64,000 nucleotides of DNA from Porcipelethomonas sp. (GCF_051893655.1 NZ_JBJFHN010000130.1:6762-70761); one strand, 5' to 3'. Numbered from the stretch's first letter, positions 1 to 10,210 are shown. The notes: generated by a model from the letters alone, not told the origin. Program-made: numbers and translations.

Positions 1-1
1 T

Positions 2-868
2 ATTGCATCTGCAGCAGCAACAGCCATTTTGCCGATCGGTATGATGTCCGTGAACGCTTATGTATACGGCGGTTATCTGGATTACATATTATGCGGTGAT
101 GAAGCTATAATCACAGGCTTTGAGGGCAGTCCGGAAATTCTTGAACTGCCCTGTGAAATTGACGGAAAAATAGTTACTGAAATAAGAGAAAACGCATTTT
201 ATAAGTGCGAATCTCTGAAAAAAATAATCATACCTGAAAGTGTTGAAAAAATAGGGCATCACGCCTTTTATGAATGTGATTCTCTGGAAACGGCAGAAAT
301 TTACGGAGACATAAAGGTTATAGATGAGGGTACCTTTTACAGCTGTTCAGTACTTAACAATGTAAGTCTGCCGGAAGGACTCACCACTGTGGGAGATTAC
401 AGTTTTTACGGCTGTGAGAATCTGCGTGGAATAGATATTCCGGATTCGGTTACAAATATAGGCGAATATGCTTTTGCAGACTGTAAAATGCTTGCAGGTG
501 CTGATCTGCCTGAAAAGCTCGTGGAGCTGGGAGCCTATGCGTTTTTGAGATGTGGAAGTCTTTATAATATAACTCTTCCCGACGGAGTAATGCACATAGG
601 CAGTTATTCGCTGGGATTTGCAGGAGAAGACACGCTGGTTCCTATGGAAAATTTTGTTATAACCGGAGATGAAGATGCACTTGGAAAAATTTATGCAGAG
701 GAAAACAGAATGCAGTTTGAGAGTAAAGACAAGGAAAAAAAAGCATCTGAAAATAACCGCCTCTGGATTCCCGGAATTTTAATTGTTGTATCAGGAGCAG
801 GACTGCTTATTCTGAAATCAGCCGGAAGAATTGCTATGCTTGAAATGAAATATGAATATGAAGGCTGA
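2..868 (+). CDS. BspA-type leucine-rich repeat (LRR_5) surface protein with C-terminal membrane anchor; 5' end lies before the window
   Basis: Repeats of the form IPESVEKIGHHAFYECDSL / IPDSVTNIGEYAFADCKML. The frame is open from base 2 (IASAAATAILPIGMMSVNA, the end of a signal peptide). Hydrophobic C-terminal segment LWIPGILIVVSGAGLLIL. Confidence 0.85.
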   Translation: MASAAATAILPIGMMSVNAYVYGGYLDYILCGDEAIITGFEGSPEILELPCEIDGKIVTEIRENAFYKCESLKKIIIPESVEKIGHHAFYECDSLETAEIYGDIKVIDEGTFYSCSVLNNVSLPEGLTTVGDYSFYGCENLRGIDIPDSVTNIGEYAFADCKMLAGADLPEKLVELGAYAFLRCGSLYNITLPDGVMHIGSYSLGFAGEDTLVPMENFVITGDEDALGKIYAEENRMQFESKDKEKKASENNRLWIPGILIVVSGAGLLILKSAGRIAMLEMKYEYEG

Positions 869-928
869 TTTTAAGACAGCTGAATAATATCTGAAATTTA
901 TGTCAAACATCTTTATGAGGTGAATGAC

Positions 929-1549
929 ATGAAAAAGTTGGACGTTATATTATTGACAGGATTAATCGGAAGCATATTATTTTCAAATCTTGCAGGTTTT
1001 GGAAATACTCTTGATAATATTGAACATGAGGTACTGAGGCTGCATATACTTGCAAATTCAGATACTGAATATGACCAGAATCTGAAAATATGTGTGAGAG
1101 ACCGTTTGCTTGAAAATTCTGAGGAACTTTTCGGCGGATGTGAAACTCTTGATGAAATGAAGCAGAGGGCAAATGAAAAACTTGATGAAATAAATGATAT
1201 GGTTCTTGACGTGATACATGAAAAGGGCTATAATTATAATTCAAAAACGCAGCTTGTAAATATGGAATTTGACAATCGTGAATACGGAGATATTACTATG
1301 CCTGCCGGAACTTATGACGCACTTCGCATAACCATAGGGGAGGCAAAAGGGCATAACTGGTGGTGCGTTATGTACCCTCCGCTGTGCATTCCCGCAGCTG
1401 AGGAGGCAGATGGGGATATGCAGACAGCACAGTCTTATTTTTCAGAAGAAGAGCTTGATATAATGGAAAACCCGGAAAACTATAAAGTGAAGTTCAAATG
1501 CGTGGAAATGTTCAGGGGAATCAGGAGTAAGCTTGAAGAAATGTTCTGA
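929..1549 (+). CDS. spoIIR: Stage II sporulation protein R
   Basis: Motifs VLRLHILANSD, DQNLK..VRD and PAGTYDALRITIGEAKGHNWWCVMYPPLC. SD GAGGTG precedes ATG 929. Confidence 0.92.
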   Translation: MKKLDVILLTGLIGSILFSNLAGFGNTLDNIEHEVLRLHILANSDTEYDQNLKICVRDRLLENSEELFGGCETLDEMKQRANEKLDEINDMVLDVIHEKGYNYNSKTQLVNMEFDNREYGDITMPAGTYDALRITIGEAKGHNWWCVMYPPLCIPAAEEADGDMQTAQSYFSEEELDIMENPENYKVKFKCVEMFRGIRSKLEEMF

Positions 1550-1582
1550 TTGTGAACAAATTGTTAACAATCAAAAAAACGC

Positions 1583-1611
1583 TTGACAAATTGATTTTAA
1601 ACGAGTATAAT
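1583..1611 (+). promoter_or_regulatory. SigA promoter of infC-rpmI-rplT
   Basis: TTGACA (1583-1588), 17 bp spacer, TATAAT (1606-1611): perfect consensus. Confidence 0.85.
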
Positions 1612-1617
1612 TGATTA

Positions 1618-1750
1618 GTAAAACAAAGCAGACTGTCAGTTCTCACCATGAGATGAAAGATTCGGAATGGTTAATAAATGGAGATTTACCGGTTTAAAAT
1701 CGGTTTGCGTTTAAATGAGTGCTGATGTATTTCTGCACTCATTTTTGTTT
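1618..1750 (+). ncRNA. L20 ribosomal protein leader (attenuator)
   Basis: Lies between the promoter and infC. Contains AAGCAGA...TTCTCACC, as in Firmicute L20 leaders, and a terminator stem AAATGAGTGC/GCACTCATTT plus T-tract (1713-1750). Confidence 0.75.
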
Positions 1751-1803
1751 TAGTATAAATAAAAATCAATTTTTACCCTGACTAATGCTTGGAGGTGCTG
1801 ACT

Positions 1804-2325
1804 ATTAGCAAACAGGAACTGCAGATCAACGAAGAAATCAGAGATAAGGAAGTTTTACTGATTGACGTTGACGGAACAAAAATCGGCGTTATTTCCGCCA
1901 GAGAAGCTCAGAAAATGGCTTATGAAAAGGATCTTGACCTGGTTAAGATTGCTCCGCAGGCTAAGCCGCCTGTATGCCGTATACTCGATTATGGCAAGTA
2001 TTGCTTTGAACAGGCAAAGAAAGAAAAGGAAGCAAGAAAAAATCAGAAGGTTGTGGAAATCAAGGAAATCAGAATGTTTTCCGCAATTGATACTCATGAC
2101 TTTAATACAAAGGTCAATCAGGCAATGAAATTCCTGAAAAACGGAGATAAAATAAAGGTTTCCGTGAGATTCCGTAAGCGTGCGATTGCACATCCGCAGC
2201 TGGGTGAGGAACTGCTGGATAAATTCAAGGAAGCATGTGCAGAGGCCGGTGTTGTTGACAAGCCAGCCAAAATGGAAGGTCGCAGTATTGTTATGTTCAT
2301 GTCACCGAAGGCATCAGCTAAATAA
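1804..2325 (+). CDS. infC: Translation initiation factor IF-3 (ATT start)
   Basis: INEEIR..EV, LDLV.IAP.AKPPVCRILDYGKY and KEIR motifs. SD GGAGGTG (1791-1797) places the start at the in-frame ATT 1804. Confidence 0.96.
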   Translation: MSKQELQINEEIRDKEVLLIDVDGTKIGVISAREAQKMAYEKDLDLVKIAPQAKPPVCRILDYGKYCFEQAKKEKEARKNQKVVEIKEIRMFSAIDTHDFNTKVNQAMKFLKNGDKIKVSVRFRKRAIAHPQLGEELLDKFKEACAEAGVVDKPAKMEGRSIVMFMSPKASAK

Positions 2326-2339
2326 AGGAGGAACAGGTT

Positions 2340-2543
2340 ATGTCAAAGGTTAAGGTTAAAACACATTCAGGCGCTAAAAAGCGTTTTAAGCTGACTAAAA
2401 ACGGTAAGGTTAAATATCAGCACACAAACAAAAGACATAGACTTACACAGAAGGATACAAAGAGAAAGAGAATTGCTCGTAATGCAGGCGTTGCAAGCGA
2501 GACAAATGCTCCAACAGTAAAAAAATTAATTCCTTACAAATAA
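2340..2543 (+). CDS. rpmI: 50S ribosomal protein L35
   Basis: KVKTHSGAKKRFKLTKNGKVK; lies between infC and rplT. Confidence 0.96.
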   Translation: MSKVKVKTHSGAKKRFKLTKNGKVKYQHTNKRHRLTQKDTKRKRIARNAGVASETNAPTVKKLIPYK

Positions 2544-2574
2544 TATCGGAAAAGTAAAAACGGAGGTATAGACT

Positions 2575-2928
2575 ATGGCACGTGTTAAGGGTGCAATGAT
2601 GACTCGCAAGAGAAGAAATAAAACACTCAAGCTTGCAAAGGGCTACTGGGGCGCTAAGAGCAAGCATTTTAAGATGGCTAAACAGGCCGTAATGAAATCA
2701 GGCAATTATGCATATGCAGGTCGTAAAAAGAAGAAGAGAGATTTCAGACAGCTCTGGATCACAAGAATAAGTGCTGCCTGCAAGCTCAACGGTATTAATT
2801 ATTCACAGTTTATGAACGGCGTAAAGAAGGCTGGTATTACACTTAACCGCAAGATGCTTTCTGAAATCGCTATCAACGATCCTGCTGGATTTACAGCTAT
2901 TGTAGAGAAGGCTAAGGCTGCTCTTTAA
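2575..2928 (+). CDS. rplT: 50S ribosomal protein L20
   Basis: MARVKG..., [33 protein letters not shown]. Confidence 0.97.
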   Translation: MARVKGAMMTRKRRNKTLKLAKGYWGAKSKHFKMAKQAVMKSGNYAYAGRKKKKRDFRQLWITRISAACKLNGINYSQFMNGVKKAGITLNRKMLSEIAINDPAGFTAIVEKAKAAL

Positions 2929-2933
2929 TTTGT

Positions 2934-2975
2934 AAAAAACACGCTCTATTTATAATCAGAGCGTGTTTTCGTTTA
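2934..2975 (+). terminator. Intrinsic terminator after rplT
   Basis: Stem AAAACACGCTCT / AGAGCGTGTTTT followed by T-rich sequence. Confidence 0.8.
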
Positions 2976-2999
2976 ATTTTTGCTGATGGGAGATAATGT

Positions 3000-3812
3000 A
3001 TGAATTTGTCATGCTTTGACGGAAAAGTGATAACATCCAAAGATAATCCTTCAGTTAAGCTTTTCGGTAAACTTATGACTTCTAAAAAAACCCGTATGCA
3101 GTACAGAATGTTCCCGCTTGAGGGTGTGAGACTGGTTTTTGATGCTTTGAAAAGCAATGCACCGGTCCGCAGAATTTTTATTACAGAGTCAGCCCTTGAA
3201 AAAAACAGGGAAAAGCTTGAAGAATTTGACTGCTCTGAAATAGATTTTACATGTATTTCAGATGAACTGGGTGACCGGATTTCGGGTACGGATAAAACTC
3301 AGGGGATTTTTGCACAATGTAGTTTTACAGAACGGTCTGAGGAACTGGGAAACTTGAAAAAACACGGAAGATATGCCGTTTTATATCAGCTTCAGGATCC
3401 CGGAAATGCCGGAATGATTATAAGAACCGCTGATGCACTGGGTCTTGACGGAGTTATTTTTTCTGAAAGCTGTGATATATATAATCCAAAGGTTATACGT
3501 TCGACTATGGGTTCTATTTTCAGAATACCTGTTTTTCATGATATTCCGGTTGATGATATATTTCTTGCTATGAATAATGCGGAAATTGATACATATGCGG
3601 CAGTTGTTGACAGCAGGGCACAGGATATAAAAAATACGGACTTTAATAACGGCGGCGGAATTTTCATAGGAAATGAGGGAAACGGACTTCCAACGGAAAT
3701 TTCTGAAAAATGCACATATAAAATTACAATAAAAATGAGTGGAAATACAGATTCTCTTAATGCGGCGATGGCAACCGGAATTATGATGTGGGAGCTGATG
3801 AAATTTGAATAA
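3000..3812 (+). CDS. TrmH/SpoU family RNA 2'-O-methyltransferase
   Basis: SPOUT motifs ITSKDNP, LQDPGNAGMIIRTADA, IGNEGNGL and SLNAAMA. Confidence 0.9.
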   Translation: MNLSCFDGKVITSKDNPSVKLFGKLMTSKKTRMQYRMFPLEGVRLVFDALKSNAPVRRIFITESALEKNREKLEEFDCSEIDFTCISDELGDRISGTDKTQGIFAQCSFTERSEELGNLKKHGRYAVLYQLQDPGNAGMIIRTADALGLDGVIFSESCDIYNPKVIRSTMGSIFRIPVFHDIPVDDIFLAMNNAEIDTYAAVVDSRAQDIKNTDFNNGGGIFIGNEGNGLPTEISEKCTYKITIKMSGNTDSLNAAMATGIMMWELMKFE

Positions 3813-5025
3813 TCTGCAATACTGGCTTTGGTTTGTAATGGCTTTCAGACCAGGAAATGAACGCATATGGGAAATGATAACTCCTTTTCAGGACGTGAAA
3901 AAAGCTTATGAAGCAGTTTGGGAGGGTAATCATCCTTCTATGAATTCAAAGGAAAAAACCGTAGCCAGAACTACACATATAGAACAGTGCGACAGTATTA
4001 TAAAATACTGTGAGGAAAAAGGATACAGGATTATAACATTTGAAGACGACAATTATCCTCCTCTTCTTAGAAATATTTACAATCCTCCTGCCGTACTGTT
4101 TTGTATGGGTGATATTGAAAATTTCAACAGCCGTCCGGCAGTTGCGTGTGTCGGCACAAGAAGACCTTCAGTATACAGTGCTGAAATTACGGAAAGAATC
4201 TGTTCGGAGCTTGCCAAAAGAGAATTTGCTGTGGTAAGCGGTTTTGCACTGGGACTTGATTCGGCAGCTCATAAGGGTGTTCTTAAAGCGGACGGATGTA
4301 CGGCAGCTGTTTTAGCCTGCGGTCTGGATGTAAATTATCCCAAAGAAAATGAAAAGGCTAAAAAATTAATAGCACACCGTGGCATTGTTATAACAGAATA
4401 TCTTCCCGGAACTCATCCGGACAGATATTGTTTTCACGTCAGAAACAGAATCATTTCCGGGATGTGCTTTGGAACACTGGTTACAGAGGCGGATGAAAAA
4501 AGCGGTGCATTAATAACCGCTTCTCATGCTGCAGAACAGGGGAGATCTGTTTTCTGCATACCTCCGGGAGACATATTTGACAAAAGGTATTCAGGCGTGA
4601 TAAAATATCTTCGTGACGGTGCTGTACCTGTGTTCAGTCATCTGGATATCCTTTATGAATATTATACGTCTGAATATTTCAGAAATCATGACAGCATAAT
4701 GAAATGGCCGGAGCTTTACGGTGAAAACGATATTTTAAAGCGTGACAGCAGAACTGAAAAGAAAACCAGAGCAAAAAGCCGTGATTCCGGTCTTAAAGAA
4801 GAAAGTATCACCTGTGAAAATCAGATGGTCTATGAACAGCTTCTTGATGAAATGACAGATGAACAGCAGCTTGTTGTGACATGTCTTAAGGAATGCAGCA
4901 TGCATTCGGATGAAATTGCTCAGGCTTCCGGAATTGATTCGTTCCAGATTCTGGCAGTGCTGACAGAGCTTGAGATAATGGGAGCAGCCGAGCTTCAGCC
5001 GGATAATAAGTACAGACTGCTGTAA
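3805..5025 (+). CDS. dprA: DNA-processing protein DprA
   Basis: YPPLLRNIYNPP, VGTR, VSGFALGLDSAAH, RNRIISG, EADEKSGALITA; C-terminal winged helix; lies upstream of topA. Confidence 0.93.
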   Translation: MNNLQYWLWFVMAFRPGNERIWEMITPFQDVKKAYEAVWEGNHPSMNSKEKTVARTTHIEQCDSIIKYCEEKGYRIITFEDDNYPPLLRNIYNPPAVLFCMGDIENFNSRPAVACVGTRRPSVYSAEITERICSELAKREFAVVSGFALGLDSAAHKGVLKADGCTAAVLACGLDVNYPKENEKAKKLIAHRGIVITEYLPGTHPDRYCFHVRNRIISGMCFGTLVTEADEKSGALITASHAAEQGRSVFCIPPGDIFDKRYSGVIKYLRDGAVPVFSHLDILYEYYTSEYFRNHDSIMKWPELYGENDILKRDSRTEKKTRAKSRDSGLKEESITCENQMVYEQLLDEMTDEQQLVVTCLKECSMHSDEIAQASGIDSFQILAVLTELEIMGAAELQPDNKYRLL

Positions 5026-5109
5026 AGCATCGTCAGGTGAACATTTTGAGAAAGAAATTTGAGAAAGGAGATTTTTCTGCTTTTGTTGCGGAAAGACAGT
5101 GGAACAGAT

Positions 5110-7185
5110 ATGTCAGATCTGGTTATAGTGGAATCTCCGGCAAAGGCTAAGACTATAAAGAAATATCTTGGCGGAGATTATGAAGTAATTGCGTCTATGG
5201 GACATGTAAGAGATTTGCCTAAATCAAAAATGGGGGTTGATATAGAAAATAATTTTGAACCCCAGTATGTTGATATGAAGGGCAAGGAAGACGTAATTAA
5301 AGAATTGAAAAAATACGCAAAAAAAAGCGATCATATATACCTTGCAACTGACCCGGACCGTGAAGGAGAGGCAATATCATGGCATATTGCACAAATGCTC
5401 GGACTGGATTTAAATGATAATAACAGAGTGGCTTTTAATGAAATTACCAAAAGCGGTGTTCAGGCTGGTATGAGTAATCCTCATAAAATAGATATTGACC
5501 TTGTAAATGCCCAGCAGGCAAGACGTATTCTTGACAGACTGGTAGGATATAAACTCAGTCCTTTTCTGTGGAAAAAGGTTAAGAGAGGACTTTCTGCCGG
5601 TCGTGTTCAGTCAGTTGCAGTACGTCTGATTGTGGACAGAGAAAAAGAAATAAAAGATTTCGTTCCTCAGGAATACTGGAGTATTGATGCTAAATTTACA
5701 GCTCCTTCCAGCAGAAAAGTATTTGCTGCAAAGCTTTCGGCAGTGGACGGTAAAAAGGCTGAGATTGCAAATAAGGAAGAGTCGGACGAAATTTTAAAAA
5801 GACTGGAAAATGCGGTTTATACAGTAACTGACGTTAAAAAGAGAGTAACCAAAAAGCAGCCGGCACCTCCGTTTATAACTTCTACTTTACAGCAGGAAGC
5901 ATCAAAGCGTATGGGCTTTCAGGCAAAGAGAACAATGAAAGCTGCACAGGAGCTTTATGAAGGTGTTGAAATTGAGGGTATGGGAGCTGTAGGTCTTATT
6001 ACCTATATGAGAACTGACAGCCTGAGAATTTCAGATGAGGCAAGAGCAGCAGCAGCAAAATGTATTGAGGAAATATACGGAAAAGAATATCTTCCGCCGT
6101 CTCCGAGAATCTTTAAAACAAAGAAAAATGCTCAGGACGCCCATGAAGCAATACGTCCGTCTATTCCGGAGCTTACGCCTGACAGAGTAAAATCCAGTCT
6201 TTCTTCAGATCAGTTCAAACTTTACAAGCTTATATGGGAAAGATTTATTGCAAGCCAGATGGCAAATGCACTGCTGGATACGGCGTCTGTTACCATTGAA
6301 GCCGAAGGCTGTACTTTTAAAGCCTCCGGATATTCAGTGAAGTTTGACGGCTTTACAAAGTTATATGAAGAGAAAAAGGATAACGACGAAGAAAATAATA
6401 AAATGCTTCCGCCTATCCAGAAAGATGATGTCTGCAAGCTTAAGGAAATTCTGGGGAATCAGCATTTCACACAGCCGCCTGCAAGATTTACGGAAGCTTC
6501 CCTTATCAAGACTATGGAAGAAAACGGTATAGGAAGACCTAGTACCTATGCTCCGACAATTACAACTATAATTTCCCGAATGTATGTTGAAAGGGACGGA
6601 AAACAGCTGAAGCCGACGGCTCTGGGAGAGGTTATCACCGATTTGATGAAAGAACATTTTAAGCATATTGTAGATGCAAAATTTACAGCTAAAATGGAAA
6701 ATGACCTTGACAGTGTTGAACGCGGAGAAACTAACTGGGTGGATACTCTGAACGTTTTTTACAGTGATTTCGACAAGGTGCTGACCAAGGCAGAAAAGGC
6801 TATGGAAGGCAAAAGGGTTAAAGTACCTGATGAAGAAACAGATGTTATCTGTGATCAGTGCGGAAGAAAAATGGTTATAAAAATCGGACGGTTCGGCAAA
6901 TTCCTTGCTTGTCCCGGATTTCCGGAGTGCAAAAATACTAAAAAAATTGTACAGGAAACAAAGGGAACATGTCCTTTGTGCGGACATAAAATGGTGCTTA
7001 AAAAGTCTAAAAAGGGCAGAAGCTTTTATGGATGCGATAACTATCCGGAATGCAATTTTATGACATGGAATGTGCCTGTTGAGGATAAATGCCCGAAATG
7101 CGGAAGCAGTTTGTTTAAGAAGGGCGGAAAGTCCGGAAAGCTTATCTGTGAAAAGCCTGACTGCGGATACGAAAGGAATCTCTGA
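5110..7185 (+). CDS. topA: DNA topoisomerase I
   Basis: LVIVESPAKAKTI, ATDPDREGEAI, SAGRVQS, ITYMRTDS, GIGRPSTY and C-terminal Zn ribbons. Confidence 0.97.
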   Translation: MSDLVIVESPAKAKTIKKYLGGDYEVIASMGHVRDLPKSKMGVDIENNFEPQYVDMKGKEDVIKELKKYAKKSDHIYLATDPDREGEAISWHIAQMLGLDLNDNNRVAFNEITKSGVQAGMSNPHKIDIDLVNAQQARRILDRLVGYKLSPFLWKKVKRGLSAGRVQSVAVRLIVDREKEIKDFVPQEYWSIDAKFTAPSSRKVFAAKLSAVDGKKAEIANKEESDEILKRLENAVYTVTDVKKRVTKKQPAPPFITSTLQQEASKRMGFQAKRTMKAAQELYEGVEIEGMGAVGLITYMRTDSLRISDEARAAAAKCIEEIYGKEYLPPSPRIFKTKKNAQDAHEAIRPSIPELTPDRVKSSLSSDQFKLYKLIWERFIASQMANALLDTASVTIEAEGCTFKASGYSVKFDGFTKLYEEKKDNDEENNKMLPPIQKDDVCKLKEILGNQHFTQPPARFTEASLIKTMEENGIGRPSTYAPTITTIISRMYVERDGKQLKPTALGEVITDLMKEHFKHIVDAKFTAKMENDLDSVERGETNWVDTLNVFYSDFDKVLTKAEKAMEGKRVKVPDEETDVICDQCGRKMVIKIGRFGKFLACPGFPECKNTKKIVQETKGTCPLCGHKMVLKKSKKGRSFYGCDNYPECNFMTWNVPVEDKCPKCGSSLFKKGGKSGKLICEKPDCGYERNL

Positions 7186-8477
7186 TGGTTAAAATTATAG
7201 GCGGAGGACTTGCCGGATGTGAAGCAGCATGGCAGCTGGCAAACCGTGGAATCAAATCCTGCATATATGAAATGAAACCGCATAAGTTTACTCCGGCACA
7301 TCATTATAAAGGGCTTGCTGAGCTTGTATGTTCCAATTCACTGAAGGCATCAAGACATGATTCGGCTGCCGGACTTCTAAAAGAGGAAATGGAACTTTTA
7401 GGTTCGCTTATTGTTCCGTGTGCAAAGGAAAATGCCGTTGAGGCAGGCGGTGCGCTTGCTGTTGACAGGGAAAAATTTTCTGATATGGTAACAGAAAAGA
7501 TATGTTCAAATCCTCTGATAGAAGTAATTGATAAAGAAGTGGAAGAAGTTCCGGAGGGTCCGGTTATAATTGCGACAGGACCTCTTACCGCCGGCGGACT
7601 CGCTGAGAGTATTAAAAAAATATGCGGTGATTATCTGAGCTTCTTTGATGCTGCTGCCCCAATTGTAACATTTGAAAGTCTGGATATGAACAAGGTGTTT
7701 TTTGCGTCCCGCTATGACAGGGGAGATGCGGATTATATAAACTGCCCTATGGACAGGGAAGAATATCTCAGGTTCTATAATGCACTGATAAATGCTGAAA
7801 GTGCTCCGCTGAAAGATTTCGACAAGCGTGATTTTAAGGTTTATGAGGGATGTATGCCTATAGAGGTTCTGGCAAAACGCGGAGAGGATACAATGCGGTA
7901 CGGGCCTTTAAAGCCTGTGGGGCTTACTGATAAGAGGACAGGAAAACGTCCTTATGCAGTGGTTCAGCTGAGAAAGGAAAATGCTGAGGGTACTATGTAT
8001 AACCTTGTGGGATTTCAGACAAACCTTAAGTTTGGTGAACAGAAAAGAGTGTTTTCAATGATTACCGGACTTGAAAATGCTGAATTTGTAAGATACGGGG
8101 TTATGCACAGAAATTCATTTATAAACAGTCCGAAGCTCCTAGAACCGTCATATGCATTAAAAAGCAATCATAATATATTCTTCGCCGGACAGATAACTGG
8201 CGTTGAAGGGTATATAGAATCTGCCGCCAGCGGTATTATGGCAGGAATTAATATGGCAAGGCATTTGAATAATGAAAAACCGCTTTTGCTTCCGCCGGAA
8301 ACTATGACAGGTGCGCTTACCGGGTATATCAGCGGAGGGTGCAGCGGAGAATTTCAGCCTATGGGCTGCAATATGGGAATTCTGCCGGAGCTTCCGGTGA
8401 GGATAAAGGATAAAAAGGCTAAATATGCAGCGTATGCTGACAGAGCTGTGGAAGCATTAAAACGTACAATAAAATAA
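7185..8477 (+). CDS. trmFO: Folate-dependent tRNA (uracil-5)-methyltransferase TrmFO/Gid
   Basis: IIGGGLAGCEAAWQLA, AELVCSNS, GFQTNLKFGEQKRVF, FAGQITGVEGY. Confidence 0.96.
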   Translation: MVKIIGGGLAGCEAAWQLANRGIKSCIYEMKPHKFTPAHHYKGLAELVCSNSLKASRHDSAAGLLKEEMELLGSLIVPCAKENAVEAGGALAVDREKFSDMVTEKICSNPLIEVIDKEVEEVPEGPVIIATGPLTAGGLAESIKKICGDYLSFFDAAAPIVTFESLDMNKVFFASRYDRGDADYINCPMDREEYLRFYNALINAESAPLKDFDKRDFKVYEGCMPIEVLAKRGEDTMRYGPLKPVGLTDKRTGKRPYAVVQLRKENAEGTMYNLVGFQTNLKFGEQKRVFSMITGLENAEFVRYGVMHRNSFINSPKLLEPSYALKSNHNIFFAGQITGVEGYIESAASGIMAGINMARHLNNEKPLLLPPETMTGALTGYISGGCSGEFQPMGCNMGILPELPVRIKDKKAKYAAYADRAVEALKRTIK

Positions 8478-8492
8478 AAAGGGTTGACATGT

Positions 8493-9497
8493 ATGAATAT
8501 AATCGTTGACGCTTTCGGAGGGGATAATGCACCTCTGGAAGTAATTAAAGGCTGCCGTATGGCACGTAAAAAGCTTGGAACGAATATAACGCTGACAGGA
8601 AACAAGGATGAAATAAAAAAAACAGCAGCAGAAAACGGTATTGACATAAGTGATATGGAAATAGTTCATGCTGAATCTGTTATTGATATTCATGAAGAAC
8701 CTACGGAAATACTGAAAAGTCAGAATGGCTGTTCTATGGCAGTGGGTCTTAAGCTCCTTAAAGAAGACAAGGGAGATGCGTTTGTCAGTGCCGGAAGTAC
8801 TGGTGCTTTAGTTGTAGGCTCAACATTTATTGCTAAAAGAATAAAGGGCATTAAAAGAGCAGTACTGGCACCGATTCTTCCTACAGCAACAGGACATGTA
8901 ATGCTTACAGACGGCGGTGCTAATGTTGACTGCCGTCCGGAAATGCTTGTTCAGTTTGCAATAATGGCTTCTGCATACATGGAAAAAGTAATGGGCATAA
9001 AAAATCCTAAAGTAGGACTTATTAATGTAGGCGGAGAGGAAACAAAGGGACGTGAACTGGAAATAGAAGCATACAAGCTTCTTCAGCAGGCACCTGTGAA
9101 TTTCTGTGGAAATCTTGAAGCAAGAGATTTGCCGGGCGGGAATTTTGATGTTGCTGTAACGGATGGATTTACCGGAAATGTAGTTTTAAAGCTCTATGAA
9201 GGAATGGGCTCTTTTTTTGCCGGAAAATTAAAGGATATTTTTTCCGGAGGAGTTTTATCAAAGCTTTCTGCAATGATGGTAATGGGTAAGATAAAAGACT
9301 TTAAAAAACAGATGGATTATACAGAAGAAGGCGGAGCAGTTCTTATGGGAATTGCAAAACCAGTTATCAAGGCTCATGGAAGCTCGGATGCCAAGGCATT
9401 TTATAATGCTGTAAGACAGGCTAAGGCTTGTGTGGACGGCGGTGTTACGGAAACAATAATAAAATCCATTGAGACTTTGCCAGAGGGAATAAAATAA
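8493..9497 (+). CDS. plsX: Phosphate acyltransferase PlsX
   Basis: IIVDAFGGDNAP, VSAGSTGA, DGGANVD, DGFTGNV.LK, IKAHGSS. Confidence 0.95.
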   Translation: MNIIVDAFGGDNAPLEVIKGCRMARKKLGTNITLTGNKDEIKKTAAENGIDISDMEIVHAESVIDIHEEPTEILKSQNGCSMAVGLKLLKEDKGDAFVSAGSTGALVVGSTFIAKRIKGIKRAVLAPILPTATGHVMLTDGGANVDCRPEMLVQFAIMASAYMEKVMGIKNPKVGLINVGGEETKGRELEIEAYKLLQQAPVNFCGNLEARDLPGGNFDVAVTDGFTGNVVLKLYEGMGSFFAGKLKDIFSGGVLSKLSAMMVMGKIKDFKKQMDYTEEGGAVLMGIAKPVIKAHGSSDAKAFYNAVRQAKACVDGGVTETIIKSIETLPEGIK

Positions 9498-10210
9498 TGG
9501 AACATTTTGAAAATTATGAAAAAAATATTGAAGCATTTGAGGAAAAAATAAAATATACCTTTAAAAATAAGAATCTGATCTATGAAGCACTTTCTCATTC
9601 CTCCTTTGCAAATGAAAAAAGAAAAACAAGACACAGCAATGAGCGTCTGGAATTTCTTGGGGACAGTGTACTGTCAATTGTAGTTTCTCAGTATCTTTTT
9701 GAACATTTTACTCACTTGCCTGAGGGAGAACTGACTAAAATCAGAGCATCTCTTGTATGTGAAAAATCACTTTATGAATTTGCAAAACAGATTGATCTGG
9801 GAGAACATATTTTTCTTGGAAAAGGTGAGGAAAATACCGGAGGACGTGAAAGAACCTCAATACTTGCGGACGCATTTGAGGCAGTTATTGCAGCTGTATT
9901 TTTAGACGGCGGTCTTGAAGCGGCAAGAAAGCATATTCTGAGGTTTATTCCTGAGGATATCGACAGCAGAAAGTCTGTGTCATTCAGTGACCATAAAACA
10001 ATTTTACAGGAAATTATTCAGAAAAATCCTGAGGAAAAGGTTGAATACAAGCTTGTGGGACAGTCTGGACCTGACCACAACAAGGCGTTTAAGGTACAGG
10101 TTTGCCTGAACTCAAACGTTATCGGTACAGGTATCGGCAAAAGCAAAAAGGAAGCAGAACAGATGGCTGCCAAAGAAGCACTGGAGCTTATGGGATATGA
10201 GTCACAGTAA
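9497..10210 (+). CDS. rnc: Ribonuclease III
   Basis: Signature NERLEFLGDSVL, ADAFEAVIAA and a dsRBD ending SKKEAEQMAA. Confidence 0.97.
   Translation: MEHFENYEKNIEAFEEKIKYTFKNKNLIYEALSHSSFANEKRKTRHSNERLEFLGDSVLSIVVSQYLFEHFTHLPEGELTKIRASLVCEKSLYEFAKQIDLGEHIFLGKGEENTGGRERTSILADAFEAVIAAVFLDGGLEAARKHILRFIPEDIDSRKSVSFSDHKTILQEIIQKNPEEKVEYKLVGQSGPDHNKAFKVQVCLNSNVIGTGIGKSKKEAEQMAAKEALELMGYESQ

Noticed and set aside
8493-10210. acpP missing between plsX and rnc
   Set aside because: A minor gene-order variation; the genes abut cleanly with no remnant.
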